Counted from the first letter of the stretch, positions 28,039 through 35,918 are shown. The stretch: 64,000 nucleotides of DNA from Patescibacteria group bacterium (GCA_040384705.1 JAZKIU010000001.1:229675-293674), one strand, 5' to 3'. A program made the numbers and translations. Notes: generated from the letters alone by a model not told the origin.

Positions 28039-28233
28039 ATGAAAATCGAATGGAACACCGTGAACTGGTACTCGCAGGCAGTCGCTATCGTGCTCTTCGT
28101 CCTCGTGTTCGCGCTCGGGTTCTGGCTCGGGACCCAGTACCAGATGAGGGCATTCGAGAATGCCATCAAGGCCGAGCTCGAGGAGATGATGACGCAACCT
28201 GCTCCTTCTTCAGGCGAAGAAGCCGCTTCCTAG
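28039..28233 (+). CDS. Possible small membrane protein, about 64 aa
   Basis: It has one TM segment (AVAIVLFVLVFALGFWLG) then a polar tail. There is no clear ribosome-binding site. The track ORF starts at TTG 28015 inside the terminator. Confidence 0.35.
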   Translation: MKIEWNTVNWYSQAVAIVLFVLVFALGFWLGTQYQMRAFENAIKAELEEMMTQPAPSSGEEAAS

Positions 28234-28892
28234 GCCTTCTCGTTCACGCCGCGGAGGAAGAGGTATCCGCCGATGAATATGATGACGCCGCCCACGAGCG
28301 GCATGCCAATCGTGATGAGGAGCGAGCCTTCGGAGAAGTCGAGGAGCGAGCCGAAGAGGACGAGTGTCGCTGACATCACGGCCGAGAGCGGAAGCAGTAT
28401 GGAGATGAATATCGGATAGGGAAGGCGGGAGAGGCCGGTGCCGTACGAGATGAGCTCAGGGAGCGCGAAGCAGGTGAGGCACATATGGATGAAGCCTTTT
28501 ACCGTGCCTACATGCTCCACGACGCGGGACAGGAGGCCGTGCTCGTTCCCGGCTATCATCTTGCGTACGAAGGGGTACCCGAACCTGCGTGCGAGGAAGA
28601 ATGCACCCGTATATCCGAGGAAGTCACCGATGAGCACATACAGGAGCCCTGGCCAGAACCCGAAGAAGAGGCCGACGATAGGATAGAGGGGGGCGCCCGA
28701 TAGCGGGGCGATGATGACCGTCGATGCCTTGAGGAGTATGAACACGAGCGGCGCGAAGGGGCCCGACGCGAGCACGTACGCCTTCAGGGCTTCCATATCG
28801 ACGAAGAACGCTATGAGGACGAGGACGCCGATGGTGACGAGCAGCCCGATAACTCCCAACTGCTCGCTTATCTTGGCGTGGCGGATATTCAT
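28230..28892 (-). CDS. TVP38/TMEM64 (DedA-like, SNARE-associated) family membrane protein
   Basis: It has multiple TM helices and the conserved G(F/Y)xxGxxxAR motif region (FLGYTGAFFLARRFG). The start is trimmed to MNIRHAKI. Confidence 0.8.
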   Translation of the reverse strand: MNIRHAKISEQLGVIGLLVTIGVLVLIAFFVDMEALKAYVLASGPFAPLVFILLKASTVIIAPLSGAPLYPIVGLFFGFWPGLLYVLIGDFLGYTGAFFLARRFGYPFVRKMIAGNEHGLLSRVVEHVGTVKGFIHMCLTCFALPELISYGTGLSRLPYPIFISILLPLSAVMSATLVLFGSLLDFSEGSLLITIGMPLVGGVIIFIGGYLFLRGVNEKA

Positions 28893-28910
28893 GTGTATGG
28901 AGTATAAACT

Positions 28911-29327
28911 ATGGACATGGATATACGTGAATTCGAGGCGATAGCCGCAGAAGAGTGGAAGAAGGTGCCGGAGCGGTTCGCAGGCTCCGTGAAGAATGTA
29001 GCCCTCCTCATCGAAGACGAGCCGAGCGAGGCCGTACGGGAGGAAGAAGAGCTCGAGCACGAAGAGACCCTGCTCGGCCTGTATCACGGCGTTCCGCTCT
29101 CGGAGCGCGGCAGCGACTACGGCATCGGCGGCACCATGCCGGACACTATCACCCTCTATAGACTACCCATCATCGAGGAAGCGGAGGAGATGGATAGGGA
29201 ATTCCGGGATGCGATACGCATCGTGATACGCGAGACCATATGGCACGAGCTCGGCCATTATTTCGGTATGGATGAGCCGCATGTGCAGAACAGGGAGGAG
29301 GAGGGGACTAATAAGTTCGATACCTAG
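28911..29327 (+). CDS. Zincin-like metallopeptidase family protein (PF06262/DUF1025 type)
   Basis: The C-terminal HExxH-like motif WHELGHYFGMDE and the overall length match a family conserved in actinobacteria. Confidence 0.75.
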   Translation: MDMDIREFEAIAAEEWKKVPERFAGSVKNVALLIEDEPSEAVREEEELEHEETLLGLYHGVPLSERGSDYGIGGTMPDTITLYRLPIIEEAEEMDREFRDAIRIVIRETIWHELGHYFGMDEPHVQNREEEGTNKFDT

Positions 29328-29336
29328 TCTGTCAGC
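29315..29336 (+). repeat. Copy 2 of the 22-nt direct repeat GTTCGATACCTAGTCTGTCAGC
   Basis: A 22/23-nt match to 20499..20520. It overlaps the last codons and the TAG stop of the metallopeptidase gene. Confidence 0.7.
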
Positions 29337-29774
29337 TCAATTAGGCAGCTCCTTGTTGGGAGCGTACGTGTCTAGAACGCTTTCGATCATGAGGGATATC
29401 TCCTCGATCGTTGAGTCGGACTTATGGATGAATTCACGGACGCCGAGCGCGTGAGCTTTTTCGCGATCGCTTTCTGAACTGAGGTTGGAGAATACGATGA
29501 CCGGAATGTCTTTAAAGGTGGGGTCTTCTCCTTGCATGTGCTTAAGGAATTCAAACCCGGTCATGCCCGGCAACAGGATGTCGAGCAATATAACATCAGG
29601 CTTCTGCTTACGAACTTCCTCGACCGCTTTTTCACCATCAAAGGCTGAAGTAATAGCGACGCCGCGCGTCTTGAGCGCAGAAAGCTTATTGGTAAGGAGG
29701 TTCTGGAGTAGCCAGTCATCCTCGACGATGAGCAGGTGCCTGCCCGCAAGAGAGCGTTCCTCGGTAGTAGACAT
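29337..29774 (-). CDS. Orphan single-domain response regulator (CheY-like receiver only)
   Basis: The phospho-acceptor pocket is present (DD...D in LLIVEDDWLL/ILLDILLPGMTG, with K near the C-terminus). There is no output domain and no histidine kinase nearby. Confidence 0.8.
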   Translation of the reverse strand: MSTTEERSLAGRHLLIVEDDWLLQNLLTNKLSALKTRGVAITSAFDGEKAVEEVRKQKPDVILLDILLPGMTGFEFLKHMQGEDPTFKDIPVIVFSNLSSESDREKAHALGVREFIHKSDSTIEEISLMIESVLDTYAPNKELPN

Positions 29775-29914
29775 GGGTTAATTATAGCTCAGAGGGAAGG
29801 GTAGGCCCTTCCAGCAGGTGAGATGTTGGTATGACACGAGGAAGAATATAATCATTTTCCAACTATTCTGGAGAATCACTGAGGGTTACGTCCTATTCCC
29901 GAAGGTTCGAGGCA

Positions 29915-29943
29915 TTGACTTGCAAAAGGATATATGATATCTT
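29915..29943 (+). promoter_or_regulatory. Candidate sigma70-type promoter (TTGACT, 17-nt spacer, TATCTT)
   Basis: The -35 and -10 elements are separated by the canonical spacing. It sits upstream of a hairpin and terminator module. Confidence 0.4.
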
Positions 29944-29949
29944 CTATGT

Positions 29950-30076
29950 AATCGTGCGTATGAGACGAGCTGTTTACGGCTTACCTCCATCACTTGTGAT
30001 GTAGCATTTTTACAACTAAGCCGTAAACAATTCGTCTTGTGCAAGAAGAAAAGCCGCTCCCGGGAGCGGCTTTTCC
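29950..30076 (+). ncRNA. Candidate small RNA or cis-regulatory leader. It has a long imperfect hairpin (12-bp perfect arms GTTTACGGCTTA/TAAGCCGTAAAC extendable to about 19 bp) with a nested CATCAC/GTGATG mini-palindrome, and ends in an intrinsic terminator.
   Basis: The structure and terminator AAAAGCCGCTCCCGGGAGCGGCTTTTCC are read directly from the sequence. No plus-strand gene upstream could use that terminator. The downstream gene starts about 40 nt after it. Confidence 0.3.
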
Positions 30077-30117
30077 TGTGCTACCCTTACGGCCATAACC
30101 ATAGAGCGTCATTACGT

Positions 30118-30744
30118 ATGAGCATGAAGATAGTCATGTGGGTGCTGGGAGGGATCCTTATCGCGGGCGCAGGCACGTATGCAGCGATGAGTATGGACGG
30201 AGAGGCGCAGGTCGAGAAGGATACTGCCGATACCAACACTACTGGCGTTACCTCCATCTCCGCACTGCTCTCGCTTCCCATACCCCAGAAATGCGAGTTT
30301 ACGGACGAAACAGGGGCTGCGAAGACGTCCGGCACGGTATATGTCTCAGGCGGCAAGATGCGTGGCGATTTTGTCGCGAATGCCGCAGGCACCGAGTACC
30401 ATGCGCACACCATCATGGACGGTGCGACCGCGCATTCGTGGGTAGATGAGACGAAGATAGGAGTGAAGAGCGCGATGAGCGTATCGAGCGATACCGCAGT
30501 CTCGTCTAACCAGGGACTCGACGCGTCGAAGAACCTGGAATATCGCTGCGTACCATGGATCCCTGATACGGCCGTGTTCGAGCTGCCAACGAACATCTCC
30601 TTCATCGATGCTGGCATGTCCGCAGGAGCAGGAGCGAGCGGGTCGGCGGGCGCCGGAATGGACGCATCGGTGAGCGTATGCGCGCAGTGCGAGAAGGTTC
30701 CGGAAGCATACCGTGCGCAGTGCCGCGTCGCAGCGGGCTGCTAA
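30118..30744 (+). CDS. Hypothetical secreted protein with a Cys-rich C-terminus
   Basis: It has a signal or anchor sequence MSMKIVMWVLGGILIAGAGTYAA and a C-terminal CAQCEKVPEAYRAQCRVAAGC. The start is trimmed from the track ORF at 30037 to ATG 30118, after the terminator. Confidence 0.55.
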   Translation: MSMKIVMWVLGGILIAGAGTYAAMSMDGEAQVEKDTADTNTTGVTSISALLSLPIPQKCEFTDETGAAKTSGTVYVSGGKMRGDFVANAAGTEYHAHTIMDGATAHSWVDETKIGVKSAMSVSSDTAVSSNQGLDASKNLEYRCVPWIPDTAVFELPTNISFIDAGMSAGAGASGSAGAGMDASVSVCAQCEKVPEAYRAQCRVAAGC

Positions 30745-30749
30745 CGCAA

Positions 30750-30778
30750 ATAAAAAGACCGGACGCAGGGTCCGGTCG
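30750..30778 (-). terminator. Rho-independent terminator for the minus-strand small membrane protein gene
   Basis: The hairpin GACCGGAC-GCAGG-GTCCGGTC is followed by a T-run on the minus strand. Confidence 0.7.
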
Positions 30779-30793
30779 GGTATGGAGGGAGAA

Positions 30794-31123
30794 TCAGAGG
30801 TTAGTGTACGCGGCTTGCGGAAGGGGGAAGGGCGGGGTGGTGAAAGGCATAGCGGAGAGCGGGACGGATAGATTGGTGCTTCCAGCAGAAGCAGCAATAT
30901 TCGTCGCGACGCCGGCTGATATGCGTGCACCGTGCAAGAACGCGATGATAGTAGCCTCGAGTTCGCTCCATATAGCAGGAACCATCGATTGCAGGACCAA
31001 GATAAGCACCAAGAGACCGAGGGCGCGGAATATAGTCATATTCGTTGCGTTAGAGTTCGAGTAAAGGGCGCGTATGTTGGACCCCGCGTGAATGAATCCA
31101 CGCGACGACGTTCCGGCTGTCAA
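30794..31123 (-). CDS. Small membrane protein, 109 aa, likely co-transcribed with msrA. Family unknown.
   Basis: A TTG start has a perfect AGGAGG ribosome-binding site 5 nt upstream. The gene lies 33 nt downstream of the msrA stop. It has a central TM helix (IFRALGLLVLILVLQSMVPAIW). A terminator follows. Confidence 0.55.
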   Translation of the reverse strand: MTAGTSSRGFIHAGSNIRALYSNSNATNMTIFRALGLLVLILVLQSMVPAIWSELEATIIAFLHGARISAGVATNIAASAGSTNLSVPLSAMPFTTPPFPLPQAAYTNL

Positions 31124-31155
31124 AGATCCTCCTGTCCCCTAGAACACCCCTCCGC

Positions 31156-31695
31156 TTAGGAAGGTTGCGAGAGAAGCTCGGCGTACGCCTTCTGCACCTT
31201 CTGGAGCTTCGGCGCTATGACTACCTGGCAGTACGCCTGCTCAGGATGCTTCTCGAAATAGTCCTTGTGATAGTCCTCAGCAGGGTAGAAGACCGCGTTC
31301 TCCTCGATGGTGGTGACGATAGGGTCGCCGTCGGTGCTCGAAGTCTCGAGCTCACGAATGAATGCTTCTGTCTCGATTTTCTGCTCGGGCGTCGTAGGAA
31401 AGACTGCAGAGCGATACTGGGTACCAATATCGTTGCCCTGCTGATTCAGCTGCGTGGCATCGTGGGAAGCGAAGAATATCGTGAGAAGCGTGCGATACGC
31501 AACGACCGCAGGGTCGTATTCGATGCGGATGACCTCGGCGTGGCCGGTGTCTCCGACAGATACTTCTTCATAGGTCGGGTTCTCGGTGTGCCCACCCGCA
31601 TAGCCTGGTGCGACCGAAGCCACGCCCCTGAGCATTTTGAATACCGCTTCGGTGCACCAGAAGCATCCGCCGCCGAATATCGCTATCTCCTTCAT
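31156..31695 (-). CDS. msrA: Peptide methionine-S-sulfoxide reductase
   Basis: MKEIAIFGGGCFWCTEAVF carries the GCFWC active site. The gene is full length. Confidence 0.9.
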   Translation of the reverse strand: MKEIAIFGGGCFWCTEAVFKMLRGVASVAPGYAGGHTENPTYEEVSVGDTGHAEVIRIEYDPAVVAYRTLLTIFFASHDATQLNQQGNDIGTQYRSAVFPTTPEQKIETEAFIRELETSSTDGDPIVTTIEENAVFYPAEDYHKDYFEKHPEQAYCQVVIAPKLQKVQKAYAELLSQPS

Positions 31696-31717
31696 CCGCC
31701 TACTGTATCATCAGTAT

Positions 31718-32689
31718 ATGAAGAGGGCCGGAACCATACTCCTCATATTCGCTGCAGCATTCAGTCTCACGCTTTTCGCACTCAACTCCCAAAGTGTGGA
31801 GTTCAGGACCCTCACTAGCCAGGCGGGCATATTCCAGAAGAAAGAGGAGATAAAGACCGCGACGGTCCTGTTCGTGGGTGATATGATGTTCGACCGCTAT
31901 ATACGTACCGTGCTTGCCCGGAACGGGAACGCGCATGTGCTCGGTGGCGTCGGGCAGCTCTTGGCGGAAGCGGATATGAATGTCGGGAATCTGGAAGGAC
32001 CGATAACAGACAACCCCTCGCAATCACAAGGGACGGCAGTAGGTGAACTCACTAACATGCGCTTCACGTTCGCGCCGAGTGTACGGAAGCTCCTGCTCGA
32101 TTACGGCTTCAGCATGGTCTCGATTGGGAACAACCATATCCAGGATTTCGGGACCGACGGCGCGCGCTCGACTACCAAATACTTGTCCGGTGCAGGCATC
32201 GAATACGTAGGCGACCCGACCGGAGATTCTATTGAACCCGTCATTCAGGAAGTGAACGGCATACGCCTCGCATTCGTTTCGTATAGCGACTTCGTGGGCG
32301 GGGATTCTGCGCGTGCTCGTCAGGCGCTTGAAAGCGACGCGGCGCAGAGCGCGGACGCTGTCATCGTGCTCGCGCACTGGGGGAGTGAATACGAGACCGC
32401 TCCGCCCGCACGAGTACGCGAGCTCGCACGAGCATTCGCGAACGCGGGAGCGGACCTCATCATCGGCACGCACTCGCATGTTGTGGGGGAGGTGGAGGAT
32501 ATCGGCAACACTCGCGTGTATTACTCTCTTGGCAATTTCGTATTCGATCAGTATTGGACGCCGAGCGTGCGTTGCGGTCTCGCAGTCACCGCGACCTTCA
32601 TAAAGGAAGGGGATGCAACGAACACGCGGTATGCGGAAACCAACGTAGGGATGAGGAAGGACGGTGCAACCGCTCTTGGCTGCTCTTAG
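31718..32689 (+). CDS. CapA/PGA_cap-family metallophosphatase-like protein (poly-gamma-glutamate biosynthesis-type)
   Basis: It has an N-terminal signal or anchor, then the VLFVGDMMFDRY metallophosphatase motif. The C-terminal GTHSHVVGEVE and LGNFVFDQYW regions are typical of CapA. Confidence 0.8.
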   Translation: MKRAGTILLIFAAAFSLTLFALNSQSVEFRTLTSQAGIFQKKEEIKTATVLFVGDMMFDRYIRTVLARNGNAHVLGGVGQLLAEADMNVGNLEGPITDNPSQSQGTAVGELTNMRFTFAPSVRKLLLDYGFSMVSIGNNHIQDFGTDGARSTTKYLSGAGIEYVGDPTGDSIEPVIQEVNGIRLAFVSYSDFVGGDSARARQALESDAAQSADAVIVLAHWGSEYETAPPARVRELARAFANAGADLIIGTHSHVVGEVEDIGNTRVYYSLGNFVFDQYWTPSVRCGLAVTATFIKEGDATNTRYAETNVGMRKDGATALGCS

Positions 32690-33084
32690 CCTTCCTTCTC
32701 GAACGCGAGACAGACGGAATTGATGCAGTACCGCTTTCCGCCTGCTTCAGTCGGGCCGTCATCGAATACATGCCCTAGGTGCCCATCGCATTTCTTGCAG
32801 TACACCTCGGTGCGATGCATGCCGTATGTGTCGTCGGGGCGGGTACCTACGTTCTCCGCTACCGCGGGATCGGTGAACGACGGCCATCCGGTACCGGAGT
32901 CGAACTTCTGCTCGGAGGTGAATAATAGATTCCCGCAGGCCCGGCAGCGGTAGCTACCTTCCTCGTGATTCTCTACGTAGGCGCCCGAGAAGGGAGCCTC
33001 GGTCTCGCGCTCACGGAGCACCCGGTATTCCTCGGGCGAGAGCTTCTCGCGCCACTCTTCGTCTGTCTGCGGCATCGGTTCCAT
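32686..33084 (-). CDS. msrB: Peptide methionine-R-sulfoxide reductase
   Basis: SelR domain. It has two CxxC pairs (CRACGNLLF and CKKCDGHLGHVF) and the catalytic region HVFDDG. Confidence 0.9.
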   Translation of the reverse strand: MEPMPQTDEEWREKLSPEEYRVLRERETEAPFSGAYVENHEEGSYRCRACGNLLFTSEQKFDSGTGWPSFTDPAVAENVGTRPDDTYGMHRTEVYCKKCDGHLGHVFDDGPTEAGGKRYCINSVCLAFEKEG

Positions 33085-33133
33085 AGCATAAGTATACCCA
33101 TTTGCCGCCCATACGTCCGCAGGCTAGGATAGC

Positions 33134-33598
33134 TTGATGAACACCCGCGTCGGGCTCCTCGTGACATTGCTCGCACTCGCATTCCTTGGTATTGCGGATG
33201 CCTGGTATCTCTCGCTTTCGGCACTCCAGGGCGCTGCACTCTTCTGCGATGTGGGCGCGGTGCTCGATGGCTGCAACATCGTCGCGCAGAGCCCGTATTC
33301 GAAGCTCTGGGGCGTACCGCTCGCGCTCTACGGCGTCGTGTTCTACTGCCTCCTTTTCATCCTGGTTTCCGTACTCTTCGTCCGTACCCACCACCCGCTC
33401 TATCAGGCGGTCGCGGTGCTCGGCGTTCTCGGCCTCATCGCATCCCTGATATTCCTATTCATCCAGTTCGCGCTCATCAAGGCGCTCTGCATCTACTGCA
33501 TTGCGTCAGCGGTCATAGCGGCTCTCATATGCCTCATCGCCATAAGGTTATGGGCCAAGCACGCACCCGGACGCCTCAAACCCCCTGTGGTATCCTGA
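33134..33598 (+). CDS. Vitamin K epoxide reductase (VKOR) family membrane protein
   Basis: It has four or five TM helices and CxxC pairs (CDVGAVLDGC and CIYC). The topology matches VKOR. Confidence 0.8.
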   Translation: MMNTRVGLLVTLLALAFLGIADAWYLSLSALQGAALFCDVGAVLDGCNIVAQSPYSKLWGVPLALYGVVFYCLLFILVSVLFVRTHHPLYQAVAVLGVLGLIASLIFLFIQFALIKALCIYCIASAVIAALICLIAIRLWAKHAPGRLKPPVVS

Positions 33599-33602
33599 AT
33601 CC

Positions 33603-34751
33603 ATGAAGCGTCGGCTGCTAGCGCTTGCACTCCTCCTCGTCATTCCGGGCATAACGCTGGCGTCCACGGTACGGACGGACCGAACCCTCGTCGTATCGGA
33701 ACCTATTAGCGACAACGCGTACCTGACGGGTACCGATGTGAATGTGTCCGCACCCATTGGCGGGGATGTTCTCGCGGCAGGAGGAACCCTCACCCTTTCA
33801 GCAGCGGTCGCGGGCGACGCCACGCTTGCAGGAGGAACGATAGACCTGAAGCGACCGGTTGCAGGCGACGTGCGCGCAGCCGGTGGACGCATCATCATCG
33901 AGGACACCGTCGGTGGCGACCTCATCCTCGCGGGAGGCTCGGTCGTGGTGACGGGCACCGCATCCTCGACCCGTATCGCAGGAGCGAGCGTCCGCCTTGA
34001 GAACGGTGCTACGGGCCCGGTCGTTATCTACGGAGGTGATGTGTATCTTGCTGGCGAGTACTTGGGCGACGTAGAAGTGGTCGCGTCGGAGCGCCTCACG
34101 CTCGGGGAGGGCACGCACATCCACGGCGTACTCAAATACAACGCACCGCAGCAGGCAGGTGTCCCTGCGTCGACCGCCGTCGATGGAGGCGTGGAGTACA
34201 CGGGAGCTTCCGCATATCTTCCAACCGTCGAGGAAGCGAAGCGGTTCGCCATCGCAGGCGCAGGCGTCTTCTTCGTCGCGAGCGTCATCGCTGCAGTCAT
34301 CGCTGCTGGTCTCCTCGCTGGTCTCTTCCCACGCTTCACTTCCCGGGTGACCGAGCGCGTGCTCGCCCGTTCCCCAAGACGTTTCATACTGTTCGCCCTT
34401 CTTGGGTTCGCCGTCACGGTCGCGACCCCTGCCCTCATAATCCTGCTCCTCATCTCGTTCGTAGGGACGGTAGTAGCGATGCTGCTCCTGCTCGCATACC
34501 TCTCACTCCTTCTTGTCGGTTACTTATACGCGGGCATTCTCGCTGGCGCTGCCCTCATGCGTGGGCTCTTCAAGCGACAAGGCGTCTCGTGGCGCGGAGC
34601 GGTGCTCGGCATGTTCGTGCTGTATCTCGTCGGCATTATTCCGGTGATCGGCAAGGTATTCGTGCTCGTGCTCTCCGCAGCCGCTATCGGGGCGATAGTC
34701 GCTATCGCGTACGGCTTTGCGTTCTCGCGTACGGACGAGGTGGACGTATGA
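33603..34751 (+). CDS. Bactofilin-like protein (polymer-forming cytoskeletal family, DUF583-like) with a signal peptide and C-terminal TM helices
   Basis: Repetitive G/A-rich beta-helix-like units (GDVLAAGGTLTLSAAVAGDATLAGGTIDLKRPVAGDVRAAGGRIII...) are followed by a hydrophobic C-terminal third. Confidence 0.6.
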   Translation: MKRRLLALALLLVIPGITLASTVRTDRTLVVSEPISDNAYLTGTDVNVSAPIGGDVLAAGGTLTLSAAVAGDATLAGGTIDLKRPVAGDVRAAGGRIIIEDTVGGDLILAGGSVVVTGTASSTRIAGASVRLENGATGPVVIYGGDVYLAGEYLGDVEVVASERLTLGEGTHIHGVLKYNAPQQAGVPASTAVDGGVEYTGASAYLPTVEEAKRFAIAGAGVFFVASVIAAVIAAGLLAGLFPRFTSRVTERVLARSPRRFILFALLGFAVTVATPALIILLLISFVGTVVAMLLLLAYLSLLLVGYLYAGILAGAALMRGLFKRQGVSWRGAVLGMFVLYLVGIIPVIGKVFVLVLSAAAIGAIVAIAYGFAFSRTDEVDV

Positions 34752-35215
34752 TGCCCAAGGTAGGGGAGACTGCTCCCGACTTCACGCTCCAGGACCAGGA
34801 CGGCGCTCAGCACACCCTCTCGAGCTATCGCGGCAAGCCCGTCCTCATCTATTTCTACCCGAAGGACGATACTCCCGGCTGCACCAAGCAGGCGTGTGCC
34901 ATTCGCGACGCAGAACCCGATTTCCAGAAGCTTAAGGCAGTGGTGCTCGGTATCTCGGCTGATAGCATAAAGAGCCACAAGAAGTTTGTGGAGAAGTACG
35001 GCCTTACGTTCCCGCTGCTTGCGGACGAGGATAAGAAGGTAGTGAACGCATACGGTGTGTGGGGACGAAAGAAGTTTATGGGCCGTGAATACGATGGGAT
35101 ATTCCGCACCTCGTTCCTAGTGGGAGCTGACGGAACCATACTGAAGCTGTATGAGGGAGTGAAGGCGGAGAAGCATGCCGAAGAAGTGCTCTCAGATCTC
35201 CGCGAGCTTGCCTAA
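34748..35215 (+). CDS. bcp: Thiol peroxidase Bcp (peroxiredoxin)
   Basis: FYPKDDTPGCTKQACA carries the peroxidatic Cys motif. The start ATGATG overlaps the previous stop (ATGA). Confidence 0.9.
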   Translation: MMPKVGETAPDFTLQDQDGAQHTLSSYRGKPVLIYFYPKDDTPGCTKQACAIRDAEPDFQKLKAVVLGISADSIKSHKKFVEKYGLTFPLLADEDKKVVNAYGVWGRKKFMGREYDGIFRTSFLVGADGTILKLYEGVKAEKHAEEVLSDLRELA

Positions 35216-35220
35216 AGCCT

Positions 35221-35904
35221 ATGAGCCAACTTCCGATGCTCGATCCTAAGTTCGAGGAACGAAAGGAGCGGATGGGGAAGATACTCGCGTATCTCAAGAA
35301 GACCTATCCAGTCCCCAAGACCGAACTCAACTATTCCACCCCATTCCAGCTGGTCGTCGCGGTCATTCTCTCTGCGCAGTGCACGGACAAGAAGGTGAAT
35401 GCTGTCACGGAGACGCTTTTCAAGAAATACAGAACAGTCGAGGATTTCGCGAACGCTGACCCTGGCGTATTCTCCCGCGAGACCTCGAGCATCACGTTCC
35501 ATCAGAGCAAGACGAAGTACATCTTGAGTTCCGCACAACTCCTCCTTGATGAGTTCGGTGGGGAGGTGCCCAAGACGGAGCCCGAGCTCGTGAAGCTTCC
35601 GGGTGTCGCGTACAAGACCGCGCATGTGGTGCTCGGCGAGTTGTATAACATCTGGGAAGGCATACCGACCGATACGCACGTGCGGCGCTTCGCTATTCGC
35701 TTCGACTTGGTGGATAGCACCGAGCTCACGAAGATATCGAAGGAGCTCGAGGCCTTGGTACCCAAGAAGGATTGGCGGTACGTGAATAATGGTCTGGTGC
35801 TGTATGGCCGCTACGTCTGCACTGCTATCCCGCACCCCTGCGAGGATCATCCGTTGACGAAGATATGGCCTCCGGCCGCCCTTGTCTGGCCCAAGGCGAA
35901 GTGA
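35221..35904 (+). CDS. nth: Endonuclease III (HhH-GPD DNA glycosylase)
   Basis: It has HhH-GPD motifs (LPGVAYKTAHVVLGE, catalytic K/D region). The C-terminal Cys ligand region is CTAIPHPCEDHP. Confidence 0.85.
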   Translation: MSQLPMLDPKFEERKERMGKILAYLKKTYPVPKTELNYSTPFQLVVAVILSAQCTDKKVNAVTETLFKKYRTVEDFANADPGVFSRETSSITFHQSKTKYILSSAQLLLDEFGGEVPKTEPELVKLPGVAYKTAHVVLGELYNIWEGIPTDTHVRRFAIRFDLVDSTELTKISKELEALVPKKDWRYVNNGLVLYGRYVCTAIPHPCEDHPLTKIWPPAALVWPKAK

Positions 35905-35918
35905 GGTAGGATTGGGGT

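Noticed and set aside
20499-29336. Genomic island or prophage bounded by the 22-nt direct repeats
   Set aside because: The segment has no integrase, recombinase, phage or conjugation genes. It contains core housekeeping genes (typA, DEAD-box helicase, dsbA). The repeats are retained as a finding but not as a mobile-element call.
29955-30000. 14-codon uORF (MRRAVYGLPPSLVM) inside the candidate leader as a regulatory leader peptide
   Set aside because: It has no Shine-Dalgarno sequence and no runs of regulatory codons, so it is probably untranslated. It is kept only as a note within the leader and sRNA finding.
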